Assembly: GCA_051294905.1 (NCBI GenBank)
Contig: CM119371.1
Location: forward strand, 12,092,001 to 12,156,000
From: Botryllus schlosseri
Lineage: Eukaryota
Length of the DNA: 64,000 bases
Direction of reading: 5' to 3'
Shown in pieces: positions 11,862 through 26,100 of this stretch. The notes beneath the pieces were generated by a model. The model ran no database searches and had not been told where the DNA came from. It worked only from the letters and a program-made list of their open reading frames with translations. The first letter of the stretch is position 1. Each line of letters begins with the position of its first letter. The translations under genes and the position numbers were made by a program.

Positions 11862-14800
11862 GTCAGGATTTATTATGTATTGAGGCAGACATCAAAATCC
11901 TCACTCATCTTCAATCAGTCCGAGACCTTATTACTATAGCATCATTCCGAACCAGCGGTGTTCCAAATACTCGTTTATTCCGTTCAAGTAAATTTCTAAT
12001 AATCTTAGAACATATCAGACCAACTTGCAGTGGAGTCAGTATACGGAAGGGGTGAATATATTCGATACGTAGATTGAGTGGAGGCGTTGCTGGCTTTTGT
12101 CGCCGGCATTTGTTTACGACCTTGCGAGACACATCTTGCGACGAACGAAGAACGAGAGCAACATTCGTTCAATATCCGGAATTATGCTAGGCATCGTTAT
12201 GCATTATTTTTGACAAGTTGATCAGTAATAGTGATGTAAATATATTCACATACTACTTCCTAGGCTACCTAATAGAATCTCAGATTTCAAAACTGACCAT
12301 TTTGCCTCCGAAAACTGTTGAAGTCGAAGTTGGCGTGGTCGAAAATCATGACCACCGCAAGTAGGTACAATAGTTACTACATACTTAACTAGGAACTCCA
12401 CAAAGTGTCATCGCGTTGTTATTGTCGATAATAAATAAATTATTGACCACCTATTCCCTTACTGTACCAACCATACATCAACTATAGGATAGAATATCGG
12501 TATATACGTATTGTTTAAATGAAAGACAACGTGGTTACTTTTCGCAATAGTTGACCACAAAAAAGTTTGAAATCGGATCGTTGCTAGATTGTAATTACAA
12601 CGGGACTTTTTCCATCGATAATTTATTCTGTGTTACTTTGACAACATTAGGATATTATTTTTTGTATACCAGTGTCAGATCGAATGGAGAAACAAAATAT
12701 ATTATCTCACTCCATACTCGTGCAATTGGAGAAGCCAGATCTCAACACGACAACTCGCATGGAATTGTATGCAACGATTTATGAATCAAGCAACGATTAT
12801 CTGATGAAACATCTGTCTGTGATCGATGTCTCTGAAACATCACTCAGCCGCGAAGCAGCTCATATAGTTGGATCACTGATTGCGGGAAGTGGAGGTCTTA
12901 AATATGTACATTTAAATTTCTGCGATATCGACAATGAAATTTTGGAAATTATCTCACTGTGCCTGAAGGAACGAATTCAGGTGAGGTTTTCTAATTTTCC
13001 AACCATTTGACCTCATTCTCCCAGAATTATATTCTACGGAACAGGAACTTTAATTGATACATGAGGTATGACTTCAAACATTTCAAATCAAAGCATATCA
13101 TAATTATGTTTTTGTGAATGCGAGCCTATATATGTCGCCACATGTTCACATTGATCAGAAAAGCGTACAAAAAGCTAGAACACCACGTTTCAGTTGCGAC
13201 CTGTCATGTCGATGACGCACTTATCTTGAATTCTTGTGCAAGAGTACCTTTCCACCTGGCTGGCTAGATAAATTTGTATAACACAAAATACCGCCGCATA
13301 CTTCCACATAACTATACCATGTTCTGTACTTTTACATAATTTCCTTTCAAGGTCAACCATGTTGAATTGCAAGGAAATCGCTTCTCGCCAAAGGCGCTGG
13401 GCTCGTTTCTCGGACTTCATCCGAGCGCATCACGATACCTTGACTGGAAAGTGAGTTTAGTGAAATTGTGATGACTCTAGTAATCATTGGTCGAATTGAA
13501 TAAAAGCGTGGAAAGGGATTGCATCGATCGGCACTTGTTGTTGCGGCAACGGCGGTCAACCTATCATCTCATTCAGGTAGTTCGATCTACTCGACCTCTG
13601 CCGAAATCAGCTATTTCATTTGATCTCTTCATGTCTCGGCACTTCAAATTGACAAATGAAGAAGGTATCATCAAGGTGCGCGATGATGAAATATGCTTCA
13701 AAGGACGATGGAACAGGAACGTGAGTTACAATTCTATCTTTTTCAAAACGTCACACCAAACTACTACGACACAAGAATGTCGCAGTGTTCGAGAAATACA
13801 AGATTGTGGTCGTTGGCATACCAACGACGTGTTGTGATTTATGTTAAAGTTGCATATTTTTCGAACCTGTCGACATATATCGTCATTCACAACAGGGCTA
13901 TTTGATTTGTGGATGATTCCATTACGATCAACTTGCTACACAGTATGCTGTTAACTATTCTTAGTTTTTTTCATGACGCCCTGCTCTATTTATATTATTA
14001 GCTTTATAAATACAATCAAAACACATCGACTAATACGTTCAAATCTCTTGTCAACTGCAAACCACAGCTGATCAGTATTTCTAAGCGCTTTGAAAATGTA
14101 ACGGGATTTATCAATTGTTTTATGATAACATCCCAGAAATAGTAGACTTATGATTTTCGACATGTGGCTGTGAATGCAGAATTGATATGACGACACGAAA
14201 TGACCAAAAGTATGCCAGTACGTCACTGACTTCAGTTTCGTTCGAAGGAATCAAGATTCGCTTTCGACAGAGTCCATTGGATTTCGCATTTGACGTATTA
14301 TTTGAGACTTTTCGAGCCTGAATGCTTCGAAGTACCAGAACAACTTCTATACGCAACAATGGAAGACTTGCGAGAGATATCACAAACACCATTGGAAACG
14401 GTAAGTTCCAATGAATTGCAGTCCTCGGCCAGTGACGTATAATAAAATCATAATTCGAAAGAAAGTTAAAATCATAAACTTGTTCGAAATCGATGTTCTT
14501 TTCAGATTAACAAATTGTTGCTTGATTGTAGTGATGAGGAAAATATCAATTGGTCATTGGTGGAAGATGCTGCCGAGAAATACAAGGTCTGGCCACAGAT
14601 CGAATTACCTTTTCATCAGTTAATTCTTATTCTTGCTAGGTTGCATTCTTGAATATTGCTGTGAAGGGTGGAACTTCCGCGGGAGAATATGAAGACATTT
14701 TGACACATTACAATGAGATCTCTAATGTTGGTGTTTGCGTTAGTATTCATTGGATGTTCTGCGCTGGAAATGCGCAGGACACTCATGGGATACTTGAAGC

Positions 14801-15479
14801 TTGTCAGCAGAACAAAGTGATATTCAAAATAATCGGTATCACCTGCATAGCTTGACGGTTTTTCTCCACTGCAGATGGAATCAATCAGATGCGTGTTTGA
14901 CTGGCGATATCACCCATCAGTGGATGATATTATCACAATCGTTAGGAATGTGCAAACACTGACATTGGTGTACTTCGACGACGACCACATGATGGAAAGA
15001 GAGGAACTGAGAATAGTTCATGATATATCAAGAGAAATTGGTACTCGGCTGGAAGTGTTGTGCTGTGAGTAAATATTTTGATTAATATGCTGTCCTGCTG
15101 CTTCATCAATAAAGTAGCAGTAAATGTGCATCACTTCTAATTAACTATCATTACGCTAAAGATCCTTATTTACCATTATTATTTAGAAACCAGCATATAT
15201 GACGCCTACTGTCCAAATGTAAGCAATCTGTTATGATTCTTCATTATCCACCTACCATCTATCTGTACGGAGCTGATATATAGTATAGCCTAATAAGACA
15301 CCGGGATGGTGCATTTAATTGTTGTCTTTTCAATGATGGTAACTGCCACTCAGCGGCAACTTCCCAGTAACAGCAATAACAGATACCCTCAAGTATTTTA
15401 TATTTTCTCTAATCTCACAGGCCAACGCAATAGCCGAGATGCCTGGTGGATGCTTGACCTGAAACATCTCCAAGAATAG
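10431..15479 (+). CDS. NLR-type gene A: NACHT domain plus degenerate LRR-like C-terminus (spliced, at least 880 aa, start not located)
   Basis: Exons 10431-11861, 12673-12980, 13352-13450, 13577-13720, 14248-14400, 14506-14586, 14640-14816, 14875-15064 and 15421-15479 are all GT-AG and phase-consistent. An unspliced alternative ends at the stop at 15072, with AATAAA near 15108. Most exon boundaries are confirmed by paralog B. Confidence 0.85.
12673..12980 (+). CDS. Gene A exon: HD2 end and first RI-type LRR-like units
   Basis: MELYATIYES...LKYVHLNFCDIDNEILEIISLCL; ccag| acceptor and cag|gtgagg donor; 308 nt, the same length as the paralogous exon 62376-62683. Confidence 0.85.
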
Positions 15480-18400
15480 ACTTTGTTACCAATCCAAGGT
15501 CGCCAAAAGATTTCAATTTCAGAATTATGATCGCATTACATCAGTTTTAAAGCAACAGTGCCAATCTAGTGATGAATATCAAAATGATCGCAGTGGCGAT
15601 TCCAATTATATCGATGGCGTGACGCGTCGATTCTATATAGCCCTGCTACCCTTCATGATTCTGAATGTATTGAAGTCATGTTATTTACAGTAGCAGGTTT
15701 AATCGAATCACATTTTGCTGAATATTGTTAACGTCATATAGTCCGTGGAGCACGTGTCCCTAACCGTTTATAAGTACAGCTTTAAAATAGTAATGATAAT
15801 ATCATTAATACTCGTTCAATCGGAATTAGACGAGATACAACATCGAGTTACTTTCCTTGCTGTTGAATCTTCCTTTATATGTATACGCGAAATTATACAG
15901 CATGATTATTCGTGTGGTACGTGCGGCATGCCGTCCATATGCGTCAAATTATATTTGACAGCCCGGGAAGAAGTGTAGATTCTAAGTGATTTGCGTCCCG
16001 CAAAATTGGTGACTGATTTAGCATAGTCCGATATATATATTCACGACATCCAGTGACCGTGTTCAATTATGTATCACGGTTATATATGTATTTGCTGAAT
16101 GTGTATGTATACTGTGTATTCCGAATTGCATGGCTTCTTATGATAATAGTTTAACCACCAACATCAACTTATATTCATATCCTTAATGGGCGTGCCATAT
16201 TCTCAGCAACCCAAATTACAACATTATTTTGTCAGCAAATAAAACGTAATTAGAATTGCTTTGCTTGAGTTTTATGGTGTTTGGAGTTTCCTTTATATAG
16301 TTGCAGGCGAAAGTTACAAAAACAAGACAAAGCAGAAATAACGAGAACAGACACAAAACAACAAATCAAATCTTTTCTCAGATTCCGCCCGTGAATACTC
16401 TGGCGTACCCTTAACATTTTTCAATAAGGACTGATTGTTTTTAACGAGTACAAGGAATTGCGTTCACTAAATATCATTGAAAATATTACAACCGCCATGA
16501 TACTCGAAAACGACGCAACTGATCCTATAGGTATGTATAAGGTCGAAATTGTGCCAGAAAAATTGCGACAGAAACCCGCAAGTAAAAAGGCATATAACCT
16601 CGAACAATGTTTGCAATAACCACCGAGAAGGTAGGGGATGTTGAACAATTTGTTAGAAAACATTTTTTAAACCACTAATTCAGCATGTTCCATGGCTACA
16701 GTAACTTTTTTGGAAATAAATACAACGTTTCGTCTAAAAGGCTTGTTGACAGTCTAAGCAACTAACGAAATGCGCAAAAAGATGACATTGGGTGCCCTCG
16801 GAGGACAAATCCTCCGAAAATAGGACGTGTAGCAAGTCAACTTATGCATCGTGAAAGCCTAGAAATGTTTTAGCGACTCTTCCAAATATAACGTAGATAT
16901 ATCTCCCAGACATAATATAAAATCGGTATCATGTGTTACGGACTGTAAGAAAAATGAGCTTTTCAATGAAACGGGAACTTGAACTACTTGAATAATATCT
17001 CAAAAGCCAGGACGCTGATAACTAACAAACATTGATATTCATTTCTATATGATATCCTTTTTCAATTTTTCTCACTCGATTGATACTAATTTGCAACGTT
17101 GAGTTTCAAAGATCTCCAACTCACCGATAAGTAGATTAGAGCAGGGGTCGGAAACCCTTTATGCTCTGCGGACCGGTTTCAAATATGAAGTTTTTCGTGA
17201 CCGGTTTAAGATAAACACAAATGTGCAACATTGAAAACTTCTTGTAGCTCACGCACTATAATGAGTGCGTTATTTAATGTGAGATGAAAAGTTTACCACG
17301 TACGTGCGGATTATGATAGGCCTACAACACAGGCGGAGACCTCGTCATTCCGATTTCAATAACTATACGCAATCTCGCCATAGATAATTTCACTGCCCGC
17401 CTCTCTGATATTTTGTTATTCTGGGCCAGAACATCTACTAATTGTCCTGTTGTATTACTCGTATAAATGAATTTAACCCCTTTAGTTTCAATTATTCACA
17501 GCAGGTTTCTGCAGATCGGGTTTAATTCCACTACGTGTCGTCAGCTTCGAACCAATATGATATATACAAATCGTCTGCTATGATAAAACGTTGCAATCTT
17601 GCTGCGTTGAGATGGCAATGTCTAAATACCAATATTTATTCGAGAGTGTGCCATATAATCGTCAACAATTGTAGCTTCGCTTAGGCGCGCAATGGGAAAG
17701 TTGTCCTGAAAGCTAGATTTTGGATTAGAGAAGAACAGGTATCTGATCCCACCTACTTGACTAACACGCATGTTTCGAATAAACATATTAAGGAGATTAG
17801 TGTTCATATCAGTCAGCTTGGTCACTGTAATTATGAATCTTCACTTATATTTCAAAAGTATACGAACGTTTTCAGGGCCAGTAGCAACCTTGTCCCAGAC
17901 AGGCACCGATCCGCGGCCCAGCTCGTGCTAGCCACTGTATTAGAGGATCTCACAACCTTGAGATATCGAATTGATTAGTTGCAGTTTCCAAGGTAAATTA
18001 AGGTTTCATTTCCACCCTCATGCGTCAATTAATTCGGTCTTCTTGGCTTCAACGAGTTGACTATATACGAAGCCGTGGTTACTCACGATTTTTCAGCATT
18101 GAATCAACTAAAATTAAAAGATCAAATCCACACGGTCACCAGCACAAGGTGTAGGAAACCCTTTTGAATCCAGATTACAAAAATCAAATCGGGTTACGAG
18201 CCAACACTGGCTTGAAATATGTATGATAGGAACTGGATTATGCCGAAAAACGTTCAGTGTCGTAGCAAAGATGAATTTTAGCAGTACTAAACAATGTACA
18301 ATGTACATATTGTCATAACAGCACGGATCATTGTGACCCAGGAAACAAATACGTCGCATCAACGTCAAATTCGATAATTTAGGGTGCACAAGCCGTCCAT

Positions 18401-19250
18401 TTCCTCTGTGATTAAAATGGTGTACTTCTGTTGAGTAACGAACCTCCACTCTTTAGGCAAGTGGCAGATGAAACATAACTCGATCTCGACACTTGCTATC
18501 TAAAAGACATAAAAACACAAGATAAATGTCATGCTGACAATGATTTCAATGTATCTGCAGGTAGGCAAGTATTCAAAGTGATCATATATCCTCATATTGC
18601 TTCCGTTCATACGTCAGGGTAATCGTCCAATCAGATACCAGTTTGCTTTGTTGTTGTTTTGTTGTTGTCGTGCTGATGGACAAGCTTGCTATCTCATGCA
18701 GAGAGTTCCATAAGGTAACTTCAAATTTCGGAAGAACACCCAACGGGTAGGCCTACATCGTGGGGTTGATTGGAAATTGAAATATCCATTCGGATTTCGC
18801 AAGTGGCCTTTTGTCAATTGAACTCCCAACTATTGTCCCGTGAGCAGCGTAATATTTGAATCAAAATGGAGGCATAACGGATTGAGAAGCCTATAGTAAA
18901 TCTCTTGTCGCACCTGTTTCACATTTTAGAAGTTCGCCGAGGGATTATCCAATTCGTACACGGTGTTGATTTGATGCAATGCCCACGTTACATCGTGTTT
19001 TCTTTACCCGAATTTCAATTCCGCGATGCGAATGACGGTGCGACCAAAATATCCATTACATGGACTACATGCAGAATATTTATATAGGCTTGGGTGCTAA
19101 ATGCGCGCCCCGGTGATATTTCAGAACGTGATCGTGCAGCTAATTGCTTATATACTTCAAGTTTGTTATTGTTGCCATTGGTACAATGCGAATTTCATGG
19201 TCTGTGATTTTGACTGTTGCGTCATACTTGGCCTTTTAGATTTTTGCTTT

Positions 19251-19365
19251 CAAATCTGTTTAAATCCCTTTAGTGTGCCATTAACTCTTGAAAAGAGACA
19301 CCCGAAAAGTCTTCTAGTTTAATAAATATTCTGTTACAATTGATGTTGTATTGAATTGCTACTAT
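19251..19365 (+). repeat. Empty-site copy of the foldback core seen at 57270-57950
   Basis: caaatctgtttaaatccctttagtgtgccattaactcttgaaaagagacacccgaaa... matches both flanks of the MITE at 57299-57859 joined with a single ctttagtg. Confidence 0.8.
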
Positions 19366-20034
19366 GCTGGATATACTTGCTTCTCATAATGAAAAGGAAT
19401 ACTCCTACGAGATCTCTTGCAATAGGCAACTGAATATTGCTTCCGATTGTTGCTAGTTTCCAATATCGCGACGTCTCGTTTTAATAGCGCAGTCGAAATT
19501 ACCCTATGCCGTGAGAAGTTGAAATGCTAGTAAACCATGCCATTTCAGAGAGTAAAATTATTTTGCACGTTGAGAATGCGAATGGTATTTAGCATTATGC
19601 AGCTTACAAAAGCAGGGTCCATACGGGTATGAATTTGACCAGGGTCGAATTCGAGAACGTCATTACAGTACTGCTAGTCAGCTATCTCGTAACGTATAGC
19701 AATTGGATCTGAAGACGCGATTTTCATGATCCAACATTCGCATAGGCAGAAACACCTCATACCTCCCGGCTACGATGTATGATGATATGTTCACTAGAAT
19801 ATGTAGGTCAAAGTAGGTGCTTTATCTACATCATCCCTATTACTTGTTATCGTAATAGGCCTACTAGACAGCATATGCCAGTCATGTCAAACTCAGTTAT
19901 GATCTCGAGCTGAATTAAGGACTTTTGACCTCATTCGGGCCGTGCCAGTAAAGTAATGCCGCAATCAAACAAGGCTAGAATGTCACATTTGTCACACCTA
20001 AAGAATACCGCCGTTCTCAGGGGATGCTTTTTAA

Positions 20035-20870
20035 CAGGGTGGGCAAACTGCGGCTCGCGAGCCACATGCGGCCCTTTTAATGATTGTCATTTTTCGACAG
20101 AGGTTTAACCTGAATATAAATCGATGAGTTCTATCACGTATTAACAAGATGCGTATTGTTTTCGAGTTGTTTCTTTCCTTATGGTTTACGTTTGTAAAAT
20201 TTAGGGTATGGTGGCACCACATGATTAGAAGTTTGCTCTTGAACTCTCGAACCGAAAGCACATAACCGTTCCACCCGCAACAATGGTACATGGTCCTCGG
20301 TCATCCATCAATGCTAAACGATTGAATGAGCCCGATATATTAATCACGTTCGTGCAGGTCACGATAATTTCCGGACAAACAAGGGTGAATGCGTCTCTTC
20401 CATTTGTATTGTAAAGTCTAGCAATAACTGCAGAGTTCGGCCAGGACGATGTCATTGACAGATAATTGCAATAAAGAAAGTATGAAGAAAAGTTTGCTTT
20501 CAGTGATAATGCAGGTATAAACCAATGTGCTTTCTCTATTACGTCTTGCTCAATAATTACACAGCTAGCAACTTGAAGCGTCATTGCGACAGTAAGACCA
20601 AAACGACCACGAGTTACACAACGATGACAAATTTACGGAGTGATAATATTACCGTGCTGAAATCTTCCTTAAATGTCACGCATTACTTGAAGTAACTGCT
20701 ACACACTGCTTTGACTTCATATCAGCGTGATTTCAAACACCCTGTTGCCCAGGTTGGGACGCACCGTGTCACCACACCATAATGAACTTCATTCGTTAGC
20801 CTACAGTTCCTTGTGACGTAGTAAATTCCTATTTTTGAATTTTTGTGTCGTGGCTCTTTTAAAACTAACT
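20035..20870 (+). mobile_element. Internally deleted hAT (Buster/Charlie-like) element with N-terminal transposase remnant
   Basis: Left end cagggtgggcaaactgcggctcgcgagccacatgcggccc. 20481-20671 translates with one frameshift to YEEKFAFSDNAG/KPMCFLYYVLLNNYTASNLKRHCDSK...LRSDNITVLKSSL, resembling the BED-like zinc-finger N-terminus of ZBED8/GTF2IRD2-type transposases. The right boundary is approximate. Confidence 0.7.
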
Positions 20871-21620
20871 AGTATTATTTAAATCTATATTGGTCATATC
20901 GCAACGAACGAAACATTTAGAACAAAGCTATACGCACGTTTTGTTTAGTCCTTAATCAATCCACATCCTTGTTGCAATGCGCTATGAAATACTCTTAGAC
21001 GAAAAATACCAAATTATCCTTAATGTAATATGCATAGCAGGAACTATGCTCTTTGTGGTAGCGTAAAACCTACATATTTGAACTTTCCGCATCTTTCATA
21101 GCGTCATGGCATCATAATGGGCGATACTCCACTCCACTCCACTGGAGTCAAACAAAGCCTATAATGCTCGATTCAGAATCGAATCACACAAGTACCCAAT
21201 TTGTCGAAGCATTATACATACTATTTGATTAATTCTCCATTCCATAACAATGCCATTCCACGCAAATAATAGAATTGATAACAATGCAATTATTTTTTCC
21301 GATTAAAACAATCACTACGCAATAGCTCTTGACTCACAGGTCACGACAATATAAGATGGCATATTTTAATGCTTCCATTCCTATATTCGTGATTTGGTAT
21401 TGGTCTCGACTTGTCAGTATTCGCTGTGAGAGTTAACAGTGAGCGAGGGCGCTTATAGCCTAGTTCGTTGTTATTAAATCATATCTTGCGTTTCCGGTTT
21501 CCGCATTCAGCTGTCACGGTATTGAGTCGCGTCAGGGACGCAACCCATTTAACTAACTAATCGCACTAAAGAAAGTGAAGGATATGCAGAATTGGACCTT
21601 GTGGCTAGCAATGTTTAGAC

Positions 21621-22648
21621 CAGTGGTTCTCAACCGGGAGTCCATGAAACATTTTCAGGGGTCCGCGAAGCTTCAAAATAGTTGATAACCTAATTTGTGT
21701 TTTTTCGAATTCGGAAAATCATGAGGCAGTTTCGCTTCATCACTAGTAAAAGTCCAGAGCTCAAATGAACAGAATGACCGTCTGAGATGAAATATCCTAC
21801 TGTGCATACTCATTTTAATTGATAAATTGTCAATAGCCTACTGATACATACATTTTGATAACCGAATTTGTATTTTTTTACTTCGAAAAACCACGAGGCC
21901 GTTTCGCTTCTTTACTAGTAAAACTCCAGAGCTCACATCAACAGGATGACCCTCTGAGATGAAATATCCTGCTGTTCAGACTCATTTTAATTGCTAAATT
22001 GTCGATAGCCCACATTTTGCTGTTTAGAAATATTTTGTTGGGCACTGTTGAAAAAATGTTGGATGAGTAAGGTCAATCACTATGACCTCCAAATGTTCAC
22101 AAAATATATTTTCTGCTGCGATATACATAGCCATTTTCCCATAATAACTTCAAAATAAGCTGCTAGATAGAAATGACCAGGCTTGGCGTTATATGTTCAT
22201 TAAAAAAATTGTTTGTCAATGTTGGTGGCACATTTGTTGCGATCATACCCAAATGTATCGTCGGACGCGTTATGCCTTATTATTACATTTGCCACCACCT
22301 ATATTTGTGGAAATGGATTTTCAGCACGCGTTCACATCAAATCGAAGGAGCGGATTTTCAAGACACGACCACGTATTACAAGACACGACCACGTATTTCA
22401 AGAAACGCAGTTGCAGAATTTGCTTTGAAATCATAGAAGTAACCCAATTTCTACATGAACAGTATCATCTTATTTTCAAGAAAAGTCATGTTTTTGCTGT
22501 TTATCACTAAGCCTACTGTTATCAGATGCACGAGACTGATGACGATTGCACGATACTTTACCTATATTTCCATTGAATCTTCATTGGGGTCCAGGGGTCC
22601 GTGACGGTCTGAAAGGGATCCGCGAGGACAAAAGGTTGAGAACCACTG
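21621..22648 (+). mobile_element. hAT-like non-autonomous element (CAGTGGTTCTCAACC TIR)
   Basis: TIRs cagtggttctcaacc / ggttgagaaccactg; TSD gtttagac / ggttagac (7/8); internal ~175-bp tandem duplication at ~21685-22010. Confidence 0.9.
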
Positions 22649-23058
22649 GGTTAGACCAATTACTTCAGAAATTATGGAGCGTTGAGATAGAGAATACAGA
22701 TATTAACTGCGTTATTTTTTTTAGCATCGTAACTTGTATAAAGTGATATAGCTTGGAAGTTTTCTCCTTCGTAAATAAATAGATTTCAGTTAATATGTCC
22801 TTGGAAACTCCGTAAGGGGACTTACAATGAATATGGCTCTACCTGTGTGGACGATACGGAATTCTATATCGTTTGTTATTCTTTCTAACCTTCCGTATGA
22901 GAGCATCTTATGAGTTGCGCCTAATATATATTGCAGGTGTTGTTGTTTACGCCACTGGCAACGATATGTAAACCCTAATCTTGGATTCCAGTAAAGGTGT
23001 TTGCAATTGCTGTTTCTGTATCAAAGCTACCCATGTTTGGAGTATACAGGCGAGAGAT

Positions 23059-23182
23059 ATGCTCATAATCCTACTATTAAACCTCTGTATCGAGGTCACG
23101 GTGCTTGCACAAAGAACTGGACAGCCACCTTATTGGTGGTCCGATCCATTCCGATGTACCAAAGAATGTGACGGTATTACTG
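23059..23182 (+). CDS. Gene T exon 1 (signal peptide)
   Basis: ATG at 23059, hydrophobic leader, then QRTGQPPYWWSDPFRCTKECDG; donor g|gtgagt. Confidence 0.75.
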
Positions 23183-26100
23183 GTGAGTAGGTTTTGATGC
23201 TGCGAAATTGGCGTTGTTCGCTTGAAGCAAATCCAGTAATGATGTTGTATACTAGATATTATCTTTGCCATTTTCTTGCTCTACACCCTGAGTGCATGGA
23301 AGAGCTCTTCTCTGAGGATTGATTAAATATATATATCAGAAGTCAACACTATAGCCCCGGAAATCAAAATTATATCAAACACTTTAGTCATCATGCCGAC
23401 GATTGCCTGGTTACATGTAAAGAGAGAAAGAGATACGATATTCTTTTTCACCTCCACCATCGAGATGCGTTGACGACGGAGTTGCGGTACGGCCGTGAGG
23501 TCATCTAGTCTGCGACCCCGTTTTTTTCTCCTCCATGCTATCCGTGATTGCTGAGCGCCTAGCAGGATAGATGCGGATGCCAATTTACGAGTCTTTGGTA
23601 AGACCCGACCACGATCTACCGATCGAGAAACAGGACGCATAACCATTACACTATCTCGCTCGGTCCTTCGAACTATGAGTAGTAGATTTTTCTTGATATG
23701 CATGTTGGCATTTTGGTAAACATTCATTTCATGTTCGCCAAGCGTTGTATTTACTGGCAGGAGGTCAACAAAGCAATGAGCGTCCTACTACCGGACAAGG
23801 TGAAATAGCGCCGTAGATTTCCACTCAATTACAGTAGTCGTAGCATCTCCTAGACATGTCAAAACTTCTTCTACAGGGGAATTCTTAAACCAACATATGA
23901 AAATTGGTCACCTATGTCATTTCAGAAAGTAGATTCGGTCAATTAGTCGGATGCTGTTATGCGCGCACGTTCAAAATTACAGACGTATCTTCGCGACTAA
24001 CACAAAATGACCAATGACAATACAGCGATATGAGGTTCATTCGTCCAGTTGGCATGACATTGCACTACCACAAGTGATGGCAGCATATTCCAAAATAATT
24101 ACTACCTTACAACATTCTAAATGTCGGACGTAAGTATAGTTTTCTGTATAAAACTATCAGGTAGAAGTATGGAGCAGTCAAAAGCATAGCCACATCAGCT
24201 GTCGTATACATAAGTATAGCTTACTTAAGTATTCGGAAGAAGTAGTAGCAATTCGTTATGGACCACCACCGGTAACGTTGCATGTTCATGTTATGTTTAG
24301 CGAATAGTGTTCATACCAATATTTCCAAGGATAAGCATAATACGGATCTACTTGATGAACCAAATCTTGAGTCTACTTCAAACATTTATCTTCTATTTCA
24401 ACTTTACGTAGTTTCAAAATGTCACAGAAATCTGCTTGTACTTTTGCAGAAATTACCGTGTTACTTCTACTTCTACTTGATTACCAAAGTTATGGGTACC
24501 ATATTTTGAGATCCTAAAAAGAGGACACTTTTATAAATTCTGAAATCTCCAGGAAAATTGGTGTATTTGACAATTTTTCGATCGATAGTAGTTTGTTGAC
24601 CAACAAAAGGTCATCACTTTGACTCGGCTACTGAATTACCACAAAAAGAGGACATCTAGGTGTCCTCGGAGGACATTTTTTATTTCCTGAAAAAGGGGGA
24701 CATATGGTAATAATACCATAAGCCATGCTGCAGCACCATAGTGAAAAATGTCTCGATCGCTGATCGTGTGCACTGTAGGTCCGCTTCGTTCTTCTCAATG
24801 AAGTCCAACTCCACCGTTCTAAGTCGGAAGCTTCAAATGTTCCACTTCTGGTCCGGCTACAATCTTGACTCTGATACCTGTAAGACTACGTTATTAGCTT
24901 AGCTGATCTAAAACCAAGAACGTATATATACCAGTCCGAGAAGATCTTTGAAATAAAAATCGGATGTATTGGATTTCAAGATTACTTTCAATGGTTACCT
25001 TGCAGAAAAAAATATATTTCCGAGGACATCGTCAGACACTAGTGAATGCTCTATCACTTGCCCGTCGAGTATGACACGCAGCTCAGACTGGAAACAAAAG
25101 GCGACACGCAGGGTCGATATCCAAAATGCAGACGGTCTCTCAACGTGCATGGTGATCATCGCAAAAGAAGACGTCTATTGCGCGCTCATGCGGATGCAGT
25201 CATTTCAATCCAGCAGCCAGTCGCAAACACAGCAAACTTGCCGGCGAACGAATTATAGGTACGGTATAGGAGTTAGATATGAGGTTTGTCTGTGGTAGTC
25301 AATATCCAAGCAGATGCGCTCTGGTTATTACGCTCTATCTGAAATTATCCATAGGATACATAATTTCCTTCCATCACAAGGAGCTACAATATCATTTCTC
25401 TTGTTTCGTTCTTGATCCTTAGTTACTATAAATACCTCCGCTCGAACTGTGTTCGGTGAATGTGGGATGGATCATAATTAGGGCCCGGTAAAGTCCGAAT
25501 ATCTGACGGTTAGATTCCGAGTCCAGCATTCGAGCCCAGGTAGCCAGTTATTGCCCAATAACATTAATAATGACATATACAAAGTGAATATTTTTATCGT
25601 TTTCAAGATAACAATGCCAGCTTCACGTTATCGAATATAATTTCGTATATCTGGAAAATGAATCTTTTGATGTAGTATGTACAAATGGTGCAGTTGGATC
25701 ACTAATAACCATAATTGCTGTTTCCAAGAGCATGCCAATTGTCCACTCTTGTGCTACAATAAGCTGCGTGTTTGAGATAGTTTTATCCGAGAAGATTCCG
25801 CGATGAGTGGAAACTACTGAGATATTTTGCGTTATTAGTTAACATCTATAATCTCAATACTCGACACGAATGATTATAATTGTTACTCCATATCGGTTCG
25901 AGTTCTTTGTAATCATGACCAGCAATAGCCATGATGCCCTGGAACACCGCACGCTAAGCTATAAGTAACTGGACAACACGATTTAACATTGCATAAAATA
26001 ACAACACTCTATATCAGGTGTGGCACAACCTTTTTGCTCTTCAAGGCCGCACTTTGAGTAGCCTACTTATGTAGCCTACGGTCGCATTCCATGGCGTAGC

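Noticed and set aside
11862..12055. C-terminal 64 codons of the 571-aa ORF as coding sequence
   Set aside because: A donor at 11862 is in phase with the conserved 12673 exon, so the tail is most likely intronic read-through. The TTG start at 10340 is likewise not a credible start.
18100..19250. Minus-strand coding-like stretch with scattered stops
   Set aside because: No motif that I could recognise; it may be an old pseudogene or transposon, but I cannot assign it.
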